Below are positions 10,587 through 20,836 of a stretch of DNA of 64,000 bases, one piece after another. Source of the DNA: an uncultured Chlamydiae bacterium. GTDB lineage: Bacteria; Chlamydiota; Chlamydiia; Chlamydiales; JAJFMB01. The translations under genes were made by a program, and so were the position numbers. How positions within the stretch are numbered: the first letter of the stretch is position 1; each line of letters opens with the position of its first letter. Location: contig CAVOJR010000001.1 in NCBI GenBank assembly GCA_963696295.1, forward strand, positions 352,001 through 416,000. Direction: 5' to 3'. The notes under the pieces are model-generated. The model saw only the letters and a list, made by a program, of their open reading frames with translations, ran no database searches and was not told the origin of the DNA.

Positions 10587-10976
10587 ATGAAAAAAATCCT
10601 CTTTCTGATTCTATTGATTACCGCCCCCCTTCCCTTTTATGCTGAGCAAGGACCGGAGCACTACTTCGAAGATCTGCAAAAGGAGGAGCCCGCCAACGGG
10701 ATCAAATTCTACAAACAATTTATCAATATGCTCTTCTTTTTGGCCCTCATCCTCGGTGCCCTCTTTCTGGTGCTCCTCTTTTTCAAGAGGCTGCTGCTGA
10801 CGCAATCGAATAAAATTAATGAGCTCAGCCGGATAAAGATCGTGGAGCAGCGCAGCCTCTCCTCCAAATCCACGCTCTACTTGCTGGAAATGGGGGGCCA
10901 GACGCTGCTCGTCGCGGAATCCCCGGCGGGTGTCACCCTCCTGACTAAAGCCCCGCCCTTTACTTTGGAGAAGTAG
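10587..10976 (+). CDS. FliO-like membrane protein
   Basis: Signal peptide, TM helix, IKIVEQRSLSSKSTLYLLEMGGQTLLVAESPAGVTLL typical of the FliO C-domain. Confidence 0.7.
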   Translation: MKKILFLILLITAPLPFYAEQGPEHYFEDLQKEEPANGIKFYKQFINMLFFLALILGALFLVLLFFKRLLLTQSNKINELSRIKIVEQRSLSSKSTLYLLEMGGQTLLVAESPAGVTLLTKAPPFTLEK

Positions 10977-11015
10977 GTAATAAGGCGGGGGCTCAAATCG
11001 GACGTGACTAAACCT

Positions 11016-12443
11016 TCACTTTGGAGAAGCAGGCACAACGGCGGGGATCGGCCACGCCTTGACATCGGTTAGGATGTTGATGATTTCCGGCTTAGGCGCG
11101 TAGGAGCGGGGAATCAGATAAAAAGGCCCGGCGGGAGCTGGAAGCCAGTTCGATTCCTTATCTTTCCCGGGGCTTTCCTTCTGGATATAGATCGTGAAAG
11201 AGCCGTCGCTGTTCTTTTTGAGATTCGAATCGCTGCCGAGCATATAGCGGTTGATCGGATTTGGGACCGTGTAGTTGTTCATGGCGTCGTAAAGCGTCAG
11301 CGACCAGAAGCCGGGAGCATAGTAGGGGATCTCTTTTTGGAAGGTCATCGTGTAGTTTTTGGCCCCGGTCAATGGGCTGCCGTCTTTATCGAGAGGATAC
11401 ATCCAGTAGATCGCTTCATAGGGCGTGTTGGCCGTCAAACCTACCCTGGCAACAATCGCGCGGGTAAAGTAATCGGTGTCGGCATTGCCGATGGCAGGGG
11501 GAGGAATAAAAGCGCCTTGATAGTATGTCCCAAAAGGAAGATGCGCTAATAAGCCCCCGATCTTTTGAGCCGCTTCTTTCATCGAATCGATCACGACGGG
11601 TGCAAGCCGGCTTTTGTCCCAGGGCTTCCCAAACTCAATCCCTAAAGGTTTGAACATAGGCAGCAAAGCATCGATTTGCTCATCTGGCGGCGGATTTTCA
11701 TTCATCGCGATCGCAAAAAGCTCCCAGAACTGCAGCGGGTCCTGGTAATCGAGGGCGCTCACAGGCAGATTGGGATTGGTTACTTTCGGGGATGGGTATT
11801 GGTATTTGACAGGAGCTGCCGCCGTTTTCCCCATAAATTGGGCCAGCCCGGTTGTTTTAATGCCGTCGAGAACAAGCTTTGCTCCAGGAAGATCGATTTT
11901 GCCGTTCGCATAGATATTCACTCTCGGCTGCAGCAACACCCAAGGGGTCGGGGAATCGATCCGCGTCACTTGGGGCGGCAGCGTCCCTCTCCACCCGGGG
12001 CCGACCAGGGCGTACTTACCCCCTTTATAGCCGGTGGCTTTCCCTCCCACATAAGCGAAGGCGTTGGTCCACATATCCACGATCTCCACCATGTAATAGC
12101 GGCCGTTGGAGTCGGGCGCCTCCAGGATAATCGGCTCTTGGCTCAAGTCCATAAAACCAAAGCCGTAAATGACATTCACATTGGGCGTCACATAGCCGGC
12201 CTCTTTGGAGAGGGCGGGTGTTGAGATATTTTCCATTCTCCAGATCGTATTGGGGCTAGCTTTTGCGTTCGGGCCGACCGCGTCATGATCGCGCAGGGCA
12301 TACATCGTCACCAGCGGAGCGCCATAGGTCGCCGCCTGAAGGGCTAGGGAATAGGACCACTCTTTCAATATTTTCGACTGCTGCGTCATTTCCGCCTGCA
12401 GAGCAGTAACGGCCGATAAGAAAAGAATCACCTTTTTAAACAT
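11016..12443 (-). CDS. DUF1254/DUF1214 domain exported protein
   Basis: TPNVNVIY..DLSQEPIIL..RYYMVEIVDMWTN; FWSLTLYD..NPINRY..DGSFTIYIQ..NWLPAP. Confidence 0.85.
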   Translation of the reverse strand: MFKKVILFLSAVTALQAEMTQQSKILKEWSYSLALQAATYGAPLVTMYALRDHDAVGPNAKASPNTIWRMENISTPALSKEAGYVTPNVNVIYGFGFMDLSQEPIILEAPDSNGRYYMVEIVDMWTNAFAYVGGKATGYKGGKYALVGPGWRGTLPPQVTRIDSPTPWVLLQPRVNIYANGKIDLPGAKLVLDGIKTTGLAQFMGKTAAAPVKYQYPSPKVTNPNLPVSALDYQDPLQFWELFAIAMNENPPPDEQIDALLPMFKPLGIEFGKPWDKSRLAPVVIDSMKEAAQKIGGLLAHLPFGTYYQGAFIPPPAIGNADTDYFTRAIVARVGLTANTPYEAIYWMYPLDKDGSPLTGAKNYTMTFQKEIPYYAPGFWSLTLYDAMNNYTVPNPINRYMLGSDSNLKKNSDGSFTIYIQKESPGKDKESNWLPAPAGPFYLIPRSYAPKPEIINILTDVKAWPIPAVVPASPK

Positions 12444-12563
12444 GATGCCCCCAAATAAATTTTCTCATCGCATGAAAGAAGCCTCCTTGTCAAACATTTT
12501 CCCATTGCTCAAATTGAGGAAGACTCCTAAAATAGAAAATGTCAATCTAACCCACTCAAGATT

Positions 12564-12719
12564 ATGATGAAAAATATTCTACTTATTTCCCTGGCAGCCT
12601 TAATTCTCACCTCCTGCTATCGCATGCCCACCGACGATGATTACAATGCGGTCCCCCTATTCAATCACCCTGATCTGACCCGCGAAAAAAGCGATATCAC
12701 ACCCCAGGTAGGCTACTAA
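12564..12719 (+). CDS. small lipoprotein (51 aa, not in ORF track)
   Basis: MMKNILLISLAALILTSCYRMPTDDDYNAVPLFNHPDLTREKSDITPQVGY*; lipobox LTSC; stop 2 nt before next ATG. Confidence 0.75.
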   Translation: MMKNILLISLAALILTSCYRMPTDDDYNAVPLFNHPDLTREKSDITPQVGY

Positions 12720-12721
12720 AC

Positions 12722-13183
12722 ATGTTAGAACTTAAGCTGAACAAAATTCACGAATACCTGCGTCAAAAAAAATTCGACGCCCACATTCAACATGAGACAA
12801 GGCAGATCTATTTCATCAACAAAATTCATAACAAGGAATTTCCTGTCTTTATCCGCATATTCGACGAACAGAAGATGCTGCAGATCCTGATTTTCATGCC
12901 CTGCGGCCTTACCCCCGCCGGCTTAAACGACACAGCGCGTCTCCTGCATCTTTTGAACAAAGAGCTCGACCTCCCCGGGTTTGGCATGGATGAAAACGCC
13001 GGAGCGATTTTTTATCGCCTCACCATCCCCTTTTTCACCGACAAATTCGATGAAACCCTGTTGGATGGCTTTTTAGTTTCGATCAAAGAGCTGAGCCACA
13101 CCCTCTATCCGGCCATAGAACTCGCGGCCACGGGCACCTCGTTAGAAGAGATTATCAAACAAGCAGACGAGAAGCGAAGATAA
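12722..13183 (+). CDS. YbjN-fold type III secretion chaperone (Mcsc/CT260-like)
   Basis: RLLHLLNKELDLPGFGMDE motif; adjacent to dnaQ as in Chlamydia. Confidence 0.75.
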   Translation: MLELKLNKIHEYLRQKKFDAHIQHETRQIYFINKIHNKEFPVFIRIFDEQKMLQILIFMPCGLTPAGLNDTARLLHLLNKELDLPGFGMDENAGAIFYRLTIPFFTDKFDETLLDGFLVSIKELSHTLYPAIELAATGTSLEEIIKQADEKRR

Positions 13184-13185
13184 CC

Positions 13186-13875
13186 ATGCGACCCATCTAC
13201 TACGACACGGAAACTACCGGCGTCAAATCGGAAAAAGACTTCATCATCGAGCTCGCGGCCTTTGATCCCGTCAACAACAGAAGCTTCGAGCAGCTGATAA
13301 ATCCCGGCTGCCCTATCCCGCCCGACGCCACCGCCATCCACCACATCACGAACGAAATGGTCAAAGACGCCCCCCGTTTTGCGGAAGTGGCTCCGATGTT
13401 TATCGAATTTTGCGCCGGTGAAAGCGTCCTGATCGCCCACAACAACGATGCGTTCGACCTGCACTTTCTGAAAGCCGAATTTTCCCGCAGCCAAATCCCT
13501 TTTCCCGAGTGGAAATTTCTCGACTCCCTCAAATGGGCGCGCCGCTACCGACCCGATCTGCCGCGCCACACCCTGCAATTTTTGCGCGAAATTTACAACA
13601 TTCCGGCCAACAACGCCCACCGAGCCCTCGACGACGTGATCGTCCTCCACCGGGTATTTGAACAGATGACCGACGATCTTCCCATCGACGAGGCATACGC
13701 TCTGCTCAATAAACCGAGGAAGCTGCAGCACATGCCCTTTGGCAAGCATCAGGGGCAGCCTTTGAGCCAAGTCCCCAAAACGTACGTCAAGTGGCTTGCC
13801 GAAAGCGGCGCTTTGGACAAGGAAGAAAATCAGCCCTTGCGCGAATGTTTTCTCCAATTGGGGCTGCTGGCTTGA
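13186..13875 (+). CDS. dnaQ: DNA polymerase III epsilon-like DEDDh exonuclease
   Basis: YDTETTG, AHNNDAFD, HRALDD; C-terminal MPFGKHQG. Confidence 0.9.
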   Translation: MRPIYYDTETTGVKSEKDFIIELAAFDPVNNRSFEQLINPGCPIPPDATAIHHITNEMVKDAPRFAEVAPMFIEFCAGESVLIAHNNDAFDLHFLKAEFSRSQIPFPEWKFLDSLKWARRYRPDLPRHTLQFLREIYNIPANNAHRALDDVIVLHRVFEQMTDDLPIDEAYALLNKPRKLQHMPFGKHQGQPLSQVPKTYVKWLAESGALDKEENQPLRECFLQLGLLA

Positions 13876-14621
13876 GAGCCTGCATCATCGGCTGCGGCTA
13901 TGTCGGTACAGCGCTCGCCAAATTTTGGCAAGGCAAGCACCAGCTCACCGTGACGACCCGCTCAAAGAAACGCCTGCCGGAACTTGCCGAATTCCCGGTT
14001 TTCCTCCTCGACCGCAACTTTTCCGACCTTCTCAAACAGCAGCAAATTGTCGTCATCTCCGTCGCCCCCGATACGCGGGACGTGGAAGCCTACCGGAAAA
14101 CCTACGTCGAGACCGCCTGGGAAATCTCGAAAGCCATAGAACAAAACACTCAGGTCATTTACCTCAGCAGCACTTCCGTGTACGGGGAAAAGCAGGGGGC
14201 CCTGGTCGATGAGGAGACGCCCCTCGCCCCTGCCAATCCCCAAGCCGCCATTCTTTGCGAAGCCGAGGCAATTGTGCGCAAGATGCCAACAGCCTGCCTT
14301 TTCCGCTTGGGGGAGATCTACGGACCCGGCCGGGAATTTCGCCTTACCTCAACCACCCCCTTTCCCGGCACCGGCGGCAATTTTATCAATATCGTCCATC
14401 GCGACCTCATCGTCTCAGCCATCGACTTTGCTGTCGAGCGGAGCCTCAGCGGCACCTTTAACCTCTGCGAAGATCTCCACCCCACCCGCAAAGCCTTCTA
14501 CGACGCCCTTTGCGAGCAAGCGGGTCTGCCGAAAGTCAGCTGGGATCCCTCCAGGCCGAGCCTGCACGGCGGCAATAAGCGCGTTTCCTGTGAAAAATTA
14601 AAGGCCTTAGGGTTCAACTAA
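13872..14621 (+). CDS. NAD-dependent epimerase/atypical SDR (YeeZ-like)
   Basis: Likely TTG start overlapping the dnaQ stop; IIGCGYVG, YLSSTSVYG, RLGEIYGPGR. Confidence 0.85.
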   Translation: MRACIIGCGYVGTALAKFWQGKHQLTVTTRSKKRLPELAEFPVFLLDRNFSDLLKQQQIVVISVAPDTRDVEAYRKTYVETAWEISKAIEQNTQVIYLSSTSVYGEKQGALVDEETPLAPANPQAAILCEAEAIVRKMPTACLFRLGEIYGPGREFRLTSTTPFPGTGGNFINIVHRDLIVSAIDFAVERSLSGTFNLCEDLHPTRKAFYDALCEQAGLPKVSWDPSRPSLHGGNKRVSCEKLKALGFN

Positions 14622-14628
14622 AATCTGA

Positions 14629-15372
14629 CTATTGTGCGAAAAATAAGTGGCGTAAATATTGTTCAGGGTTATCTAAGAAATTTTTTGTGATTTGATAGTG
14701 TTCTGTGTCTCTGTATGCGATCTGCTGCAACACCCCTGAGTCGCAAGAGTAAATAGTCGCATCGGGATAGGCCAGCAGCAGCGGCGAGTGGGTGGCGATG
14801 ATAAACTGAGAGTTAGTGTTTTGGCACATTTCATGAATGATGGCCAATAATGTGAGCTGCCGTTGGGGGGAGAGGGCGGCTTCCGGTTCATCAAAGATAA
14901 AAAAGCCCCCATTCCCAAGCCGGTTATTGAAAAATGAGAGAAAACTTTCTCCGTGGGATTGCTCATGCAGCGATTTTCCCCCATACGGGGCGTAGGCGTT
15001 AGCGTCTTCTTTGGCCATTTCGTCGATATAATTGGCGATATTAAAAAAGCTCTCCGCTTTAAAAAAATAGCCGTTTCGCGGCTTAACTCTCCAGGAAAGG
15101 GTGATATTTTCAGCCAGCTTTTGGATGTCAAAATGATTTTTTCCCTCGAGTTGAAAATTCTTGCTGCCCCCCTCTAAGCCAAATCCCGCTTTGCAGGCGA
15201 TAGCTTCGAGAAGCGTCGACTTGCCCGTGCCGTTCTCACCCACAAAAAAAGTGACCCGCGTGGGAAAATTAATATTTTTAAGTTGTTTGATTAAATTTAA
15301 CGAAAATGGGTATCGGCTATGATCTAAGTTATTAGCTATTTTGATTTTAGCTTCAGCAAGTGGGGGTTCCAT
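14629..15372 (-). CDS. ABC/AAA-family ATPase
   Basis: GENGTGKS, SHGESFL, FDEPEAALSP, ATHSP. Confidence 0.85.
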   Translation of the reverse strand: MEPPLAEAKIKIANNLDHSRYPFSLNLIKQLKNINFPTRVTFFVGENGTGKSTLLEAIACKAGFGLEGGSKNFQLEGKNHFDIQKLAENITLSWRVKPRNGYFFKAESFFNIANYIDEMAKEDANAYAPYGGKSLHEQSHGESFLSFFNNRLGNGGFFIFDEPEAALSPQRQLTLLAIIHEMCQNTNSQFIIATHSPLLLAYPDATIYSCDSGVLQQIAYRDTEHYQITKNFLDNPEQYLRHLFFAQ

Positions 15373-15553
15373 GGCAACAATATAACAGATTACCTATTTT
15401 ACAACTTGCGAAAAGCATCATTTACTAGTTCCACAACAAACTAATCTACAGGCATTTAAACAATTCATTAACAGTTAAAGTTTTTTGTATTATAATATAT
15501 ACTAGTTTCTTGAATAAAGAAACTATACCATTATTAACTTTATAATTATAGAG

Positions 15554-16075
15554 GTGTATATGAAAAACAACGACTTATATAAATTATTTTTAGAAGAATT
15601 AAAAACAACATACAGCGCTGAACAACAAATAATTGATGCTCTCCCTACATTAATTAACGCGGTTTCTTTACCTGAATTAAAAGAAGCTTTGAATAACGAA
15701 TTGAAAGAATCAAAAACCGAAATTAAAAGGGTTGAAAAAATCTTCTCTACCCTTGGTGAAACAGCTACAAAAGAACCGAACAAAGCCCTTCAGGCAATTC
15801 TCAATCAAGCAGAAAAATTTGTGAAAGATAAAGCCTCATCTCCAATTCTCGATGCAGCCATCCTTTCATTGGCTCAAAAAATAGAGCATTTCGAGCTTGC
15901 CTCTTATGAATCTCTCCTCAGTTTTGCTAAGAATTTAGATTTGGATCATGAGATAATCGCCCTCCTCCAAGATACAGTCAACGAAGAAACGGTTACGGAT
16001 AAAAAATTCATAAAGCTCGCCGAGACAACGTCTTTTAAAACCGAATTAAACAAAGTTGCTACAGCCAGAAGATAA
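15554..16075 (+). CDS. ferritin-like DUF892 (YciE/YciF) protein
   Basis: LKTTYSAEQQIIDALP...AQKIEHFELASY...EETVTDKKF. Confidence 0.85.
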   Translation: MYMKNNDLYKLFLEELKTTYSAEQQIIDALPTLINAVSLPELKEALNNELKESKTEIKRVEKIFSTLGETATKEPNKALQAILNQAEKFVKDKASSPILDAAILSLAQKIEHFELASYESLLSFAKNLDLDHEIIALLQDTVNEETVTDKKFIKLAETTSFKTELNKVATARR

Positions 16076-16085
16076 TCGCATTTCA

Positions 16086-16119
16086 GTTGGGCATTGGCTC
16101 TCAATGCCCAACACTTTAT
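16086..16119 (+). terminator. probable intrinsic terminator after the DUF892 gene
   Basis: GTTGGGCATTG-gctct-CAATGCCCAAC 11-bp stem; short T tail. Confidence 0.55.
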
Positions 16120-16184
16120 GTTGCCTAATTAATCCATTTTAGCTAAAATCAATTCCTATTAATAATTTTCTGGAGTAATAATAA

Positions 16185-16568
16185 ATGAACAGTATTACTA
16201 TGAATCAAGTCGGCAGCGTCTTGGCAGGAGCTACCATCTTAGTGCCCCATTTTTGCCTAAAAAATATCCTCACGACCAATAAAGTAAAAATTTTCATTGG
16301 GCAATACTATGGCGCCTTGTCAGGCGGAGTATTGTCATATCAAATAGATATTATAAAATCACGCCCGACCACTCGGATCTCATTAGCAGCCAACGCTGGT
16401 CTATGCGCCTTAGTTACAAGATTTTCTGATAAGTATCCTCATAATATTTCGGCGTTGTGGGCTTTTAAAATTACGTACATGGCTATGGGCGCCTTAGCCT
16501 GTGCCAGAGGCGACCGGGCATTCGGCGTTTCCGCGCTGCTCTCCACGGCGCTGACCTGCGTGTTATAG
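16185..16568 (+). CDS. hypothetical membrane protein, possibly frameshifted (hydrophobic continuation to ~16732)
   Basis: Hydrophobic ORF; a downstream frame reads ...TLGKKTLIAIGLTLAAAILFHWIGN*. Confidence 0.45.
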   Translation: MNSITMNQVGSVLAGATILVPHFCLKNILTTNKVKIFIGQYYGALSGGVLSYQIDIIKSRPTTRISLAANAGLCALVTRFSDKYPHNISALWAFKITYMAMGALACARGDRAFGVSALLSTALTCVL

Positions 16569-16810
16569 CGGAGTTCATTTTGTAGGTGTTTGTGCCACTT
16601 TGAACCAGTGGCGGCAACCTATGGAGCGCTATCGCGGAGGGATTTGCCGACGACACGCTAGGTAAAAAGACTCTTATTGCCATCGGCCTCACCCTGGCGG
16701 CTGCGATTCTCTTCCATTGGATTGGAAATTAACATAAAATTAACATAAACCAAATTAAAATTTAATATATTAATATTATAATTATAATTTGTTAATAAAG
16801 TGTGGTTTTT

Positions 16811-18037
16811 ATGTTAACTTCTATATCCAATGCCTCATTTTCATCCTATCTAGAGGAATATGCCTTAAAAAAGAGGCAAAATCCCAAAAATTGCCTCTAT
16901 CTCGAAAAGGGAGGAGCAGTCGTTGTCTCTGACAAAAAACCCAAGTTATCCCAAAAAATCGAATTTGATGCGCTTTTACAAGAAGCAGAAAAGAGAACCC
17001 TGTTACGCCCCCTGCAAAAAATAAGTGTCGCGCGCAATTTAAGCGAGCTAAGCGACATGGAAAACCCATCCTGGTTTGCCAAGACATTTAAAAAAGAGAA
17101 AGTTCAACATAAAACAGAACAGGTAAAACAGGTCATCGACAATCTGAACGCTTCTGCGGAAAATGAAGCTGCGACCACCCTTCAAAAGGCCTTTCGCAAA
17201 CACAGGAAAGAGAAAGCTGCGGCTACGATCCAAAAGGCCTTTCGCAAGTATATGACAGCCAAGAAAGAGAAAGCCGCGACTACCATCCAGAGAGCCTTTC
17301 GCAATCATATTTCAGCCAAGAAAGAGAAAGCCGCGATTCAATCCGAAAAAGTCAATGAAGCGGTTCCAGAAAAGCCAATCACAGAATATTTACAAAAGCT
17401 CGTTAAAGCCATTAAAGCTCTTTTTGCGTCTCTCTTTGAGCTATTTGAACATTTTAATAAAGAAATCAAGCCAGAACCTGAAAAACCGCCTGCGCTCAAC
17501 CCTGTTAAAGCAGAAGAGACTCCTGTAAAACCGCCTGTGCTCAACCCTGTTAAAGCAGAAGAGGCTCCTCCAGTAAAACAGCCTGTGCTCAATCCTGTAA
17601 AACCTGAAAAGCCAAAAGAGAAATCGCTGACAGAAATGATCCAACAACTCAATAAGGATTACATCTCCTTGTTTGAAGCGTTGGGGCAAAAAGAGGGACA
17701 CCCCACAATTGTATCAAGCGAATTTAAAGACAACGTTCTTCACTTCAAACACAACAAACCCTCCCAACTCACCTGCGATTCTTTCGCAAAAGGATCAATT
17801 TGTATTCCTCAGGAACTCGATATGCGTTACGAAATGATCGGGACACAAGCCACAGTCACCTTTCTAACCCCCATACAGATGAAAATCAAACTGCCTTTTC
17901 AATCTGAAAAAACATATGCCATTGAAAATATCGTTTTGCAAAATAACAAGTTTACCATCAACCTCTCCGGAAATGAAAAACATGAGTTTGACATCAGTAA
18001 CATTATAAAATCGATAAATAAGTTAAATTGGAGTTAA
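16811..18037 (+). CDS. IQ-motif and Pro-rich repeat protein, putative effector
   Basis: AATTLQKAFRKH, AATIQKAFRKY, AATTIQRAFRNH; three P[AV]LNPVK repeats. Confidence 0.7.
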   Translation: MLTSISNASFSSYLEEYALKKRQNPKNCLYLEKGGAVVVSDKKPKLSQKIEFDALLQEAEKRTLLRPLQKISVARNLSELSDMENPSWFAKTFKKEKVQHKTEQVKQVIDNLNASAENEAATTLQKAFRKHRKEKAAATIQKAFRKYMTAKKEKAATTIQRAFRNHISAKKEKAAIQSEKVNEAVPEKPITEYLQKLVKAIKALFASLFELFEHFNKEIKPEPEKPPALNPVKAEETPVKPPVLNPVKAEEAPPVKQPVLNPVKPEKPKEKSLTEMIQQLNKDYISLFEALGQKEGHPTIVSSEFKDNVLHFKHNKPSQLTCDSFAKGSICIPQELDMRYEMIGTQATVTFLTPIQMKIKLPFQSEKTYAIENIVLQNNKFTINLSGNEKHEFDISNIIKSINKLNWS

Positions 18038-18144
18038 TGGGTCTATCCTTTTGAACGTACTTCTGAAGCAAAAGCTACTTTATGCTGGCTCGCTTTCGGT
18101 CTACGCCGCTTAATTTTTCTTTAGCGATCATCGAGCCAGGTGTT

Positions 18145-18960
18145 TTAAAACGTCCCGCTCCCGTCGATCGACGACAATTCTTTGCAAAGCGCCGGGCTTC
18201 CATGCACGCGCCGCCCTTTTTTTAGGTGCAGTTTGTTAAAGGGAATATCGAAGATTAGAAGTTCTTCTTTCCCTTCTTTGCTGCGGGAGACTTCCGCGCC
18301 GTCCGGATCGTAGATGACGCTATGGCCCGGACAAGTCAAGCCTCCATCACGCTGCCCTACCCAATCGGCCGTGACAACCCAGCAGCGATTTTCAAAAGAG
18401 CGCGCCACAAAATGGCTATAATAGGAGGGGCGTTTGGCATAAGGATGATCTGAAGGAACAAGATTGCACATAGGGGAAAAAATGATCGTGGCGCCCTGCA
18501 GAGCAAGCAGGCGGGCAGGTTCGAAATAGTTCATATCGAGACAAATCGCCACACCAAAAGCAACTCCTTTGCTTTGAAAGGGTGTAAAAGAAGCCCCTGA
18601 AGAGAAGTAAGAGTGGTACAGATAGTGTTTTCTCTGGACCCCAATCAATTTTCCATTTTCAATGATGGCCGCCGAATCGAATATTTTATCACCAGACCGT
18701 TCATTAAAACCCGCGATGATGGTTGCAGAGTGTCTCTTTGTTATTTCCAGCCAATTTTCAAGCATTCCTGCTTCTAATGAGCTTTTGAAAGCGGGCTCCT
18801 CTTGGGCATAGTAGCCGGTTAGAAAACCTTCTGGAAAGCAAATAAAATCGACTCCTTCAGCCTCTTCTAACAGAAACTGCATCTGAGCCTGCCGTTCTTC
18901 TACCTCTGAAGCCGGTTTCAACTGGCAGGCAGCAACCCTAACCCTTCCATCAACACTCAT
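18145..18960 (-). CDS. carbon-nitrogen hydrolase (nitrilase superfamily)
   Basis: FPEGFLTGY, QRKHYL, ICLDMNYFE (E-K-C triad). Confidence 0.9.
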   Translation of the reverse strand: MSVDGRVRVAACQLKPASEVEERQAQMQFLLEEAEGVDFICFPEGFLTGYYAQEEPAFKSSLEAGMLENWLEITKRHSATIIAGFNERSGDKIFDSAAIIENGKLIGVQRKHYLYHSYFSSGASFTPFQSKGVAFGVAICLDMNYFEPARLLALQGATIIFSPMCNLVPSDHPYAKRPSYYSHFVARSFENRCWVVTADWVGQRDGGLTCPGHSVIYDPDGAEVSRSKEGKEELLIFDIPFNKLHLKKGRRVHGSPALCKELSSIDGSGTF

Positions 18961-18971
18961 ATCACCTCATA

Positions 18972-19901
18972 TTAAAAGAATACTGTGGAGCCTCTTTGTT
19001 CTAACTCCTGCAGCCAATCCGGGATGACTAGTTCCTTATTCAACCTGACATCGAGTTTTTCGAGATTGGGAAGGAAGCGCATACTTGAAGGCAAGGAAGT
19101 TAGCTTATTGTCTCTTAAATCGAGAAATCTCAAAGCCTGCATGTTGCCAATGGTGTCCGGCAGCGAGCTTAAGCTGTTGGTTCTGAGATCAAGATCGGTC
19201 ACATTTTCTAACTGGCCTATGCTGCCGGGCAAAACCTCCAGCAGATTGTTTTCTAATTTTACCTTGCGCAATTGCGAGAGTTTTCCAATGGCTTCTGGGA
19301 GATGGGTCATTTTATTATTCATGGCATGCAGTTCTTTTAAATTAACAAGCTTTTCAATTGAGCCGGGCAGTGAAGCGATATTATTATTGTAAATCCGCAA
19401 TTCTATCAAAGAAGTTAAACCTGCGATACATTCAGGCAAGAGGGGAAAATGGTTATGGGAAATGTTTAAATAAATAAGACTTTTGAGATCTTCGAAGGAT
19501 TGAGGGAGTACGTCTAAACCATTGTCGGCCAAATAAAGAAACTTTAACTTTTTAAGCCTTCCGATCGCAGCAGGAAGAATGTGCAGCTTATTGTGATTCA
19601 CATCCAATACCTCTAAGTTTTTCAACTGGCTGATGAGCTCTGGAAGGGATGAGAGATGATTGACACTCACATTCAGCCGCCGCAGATTTTCCAAAGAAAA
19701 AACAGCATCAGGTAAAGAGGTCAGCTCATTCCTGTAGAGGCTTAATCTTTGCAGCTGAGCGAGGCGGGCTATTTCAGGAGAAAGATCTTTGATTCGATTG
19801 CCATCCAGCCAAATCTCGATCAAGCGATCAAGAGTGTAAACATCTTCGGGAATGATGCTCAGATTTTGCAGGCTTAAATCCAGTCTAAGTTGTTCGCTCA
19901 T
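18972..19901 (-). CDS. leucine-rich repeat protein
   Basis: Tandem 23-aa LxxLxLxxNxLxxLPxxIxxL repeats across the ORF. Confidence 0.92.
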   Translation of the reverse strand: MSEQLRLDLSLQNLSIIPEDVYTLDRLIEIWLDGNRIKDLSPEIARLAQLQRLSLYRNELTSLPDAVFSLENLRRLNVSVNHLSSLPELISQLKNLEVLDVNHNKLHILPAAIGRLKKLKFLYLADNGLDVLPQSFEDLKSLIYLNISHNHFPLLPECIAGLTSLIELRIYNNNIASLPGSIEKLVNLKELHAMNNKMTHLPEAIGKLSQLRKVKLENNLLEVLPGSIGQLENVTDLDLRTNSLSSLPDTIGNMQALRFLDLRDNKLTSLPSSMRFLPNLEKLDVRLNKELVIPDWLQELEQRGSTVFF

Positions 19902-20241
19902 CCTGCCTATATATTGTTATCTTATTGACGCATTTTTGCAAGTTCCATAAAGTTTGTTAGAGGAGGAGATGACGCAAGAGCGAAACTACCTCTAGGCTCC
20001 CTTCTTTGGGATAAGATAGCGCCGCTAAGGCCGGGATCATCTTGTCGCTTTTAGGAGCTGTTGTGCTCTTTATGCACCAGATCAAGGTGGGGCTGTCATA
20101 TTATCTGACAACAAAATGTTGTGTCGATCACTTTATCAAACATGACAGATATTCCCGAAGACCCTCGTTTCCATTCATTGAAATGTTCTTTGTAGAAAAA
20201 TCAACAAGCTGATATAAAGCTGGCCCAAACAGGAAAAAGCC

Positions 20242-20827
20242 ATGCATAAAGTTTCTTTTTTATTAGTCCTCTGCCTTTTTTTCAACGCCCTAAATGCTGA
20301 TCCTACCTCTGAAATCAATAGCCCTGAAAACTTTATTTCGGGCGATCAAGAGTCCCTGGCAACAGTTATGGGTTGTGTCAATGTGATCACAGGCACCTTT
20401 TTTCAAGTCGAGACCGACCTCATCGTCGACGGACCCGAGCGTTTAAGCTTCACTAGAACTTATGACAGCAGACATCTCTTGCACTCAATTTATGGCTTTG
20501 GTTTTGGCACGCAATACCCGAGCGGTAAGTGGAGACTGGGCTAAATTAACTGGGATGTTGCAACAAGCAACAAAGGGAAAAGGTAATTTTACAATTGGCT
20601 CAGCTTCGAGGGAGCAATCAAATGTGATGGGGAAAGCATGGGTCGGTAAAGATTATAAAATCTCCAGCAGTGGAAAAGCATGGACAAGCATAGATGGAAA
20701 TAGGCAATACCGTCCCCCATCTTACAAGCCACATTTAGATAAAACACAGGCTAATTTTGAAAGAAAATTTGAAGGACAAATATGGGACAGCTGGCCTTCT
20801 AATGCACATTTAAATATTGTAGATTAA
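20242..20827 (+). pseudogene. internally deleted RHS polymorphic toxin (N-terminus and out-of-frame toxin tip)
   Basis: Signal peptide + GCVNVITGTFFQVETDLIVDG..LSFTRTYDS (DUF6531-like); junction ~20520; other frame GKGNFTIGSA..GKAWVG..DGNRQYRPPSYKP..QANFE. Confidence 0.75.
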
Positions 20828-20836
20828 GATAAGGAA

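Noticed and set aside
10587..10976. Flagellar locus
   Set aside because: Isolated FliO-like gene with no other flagellar genes nearby
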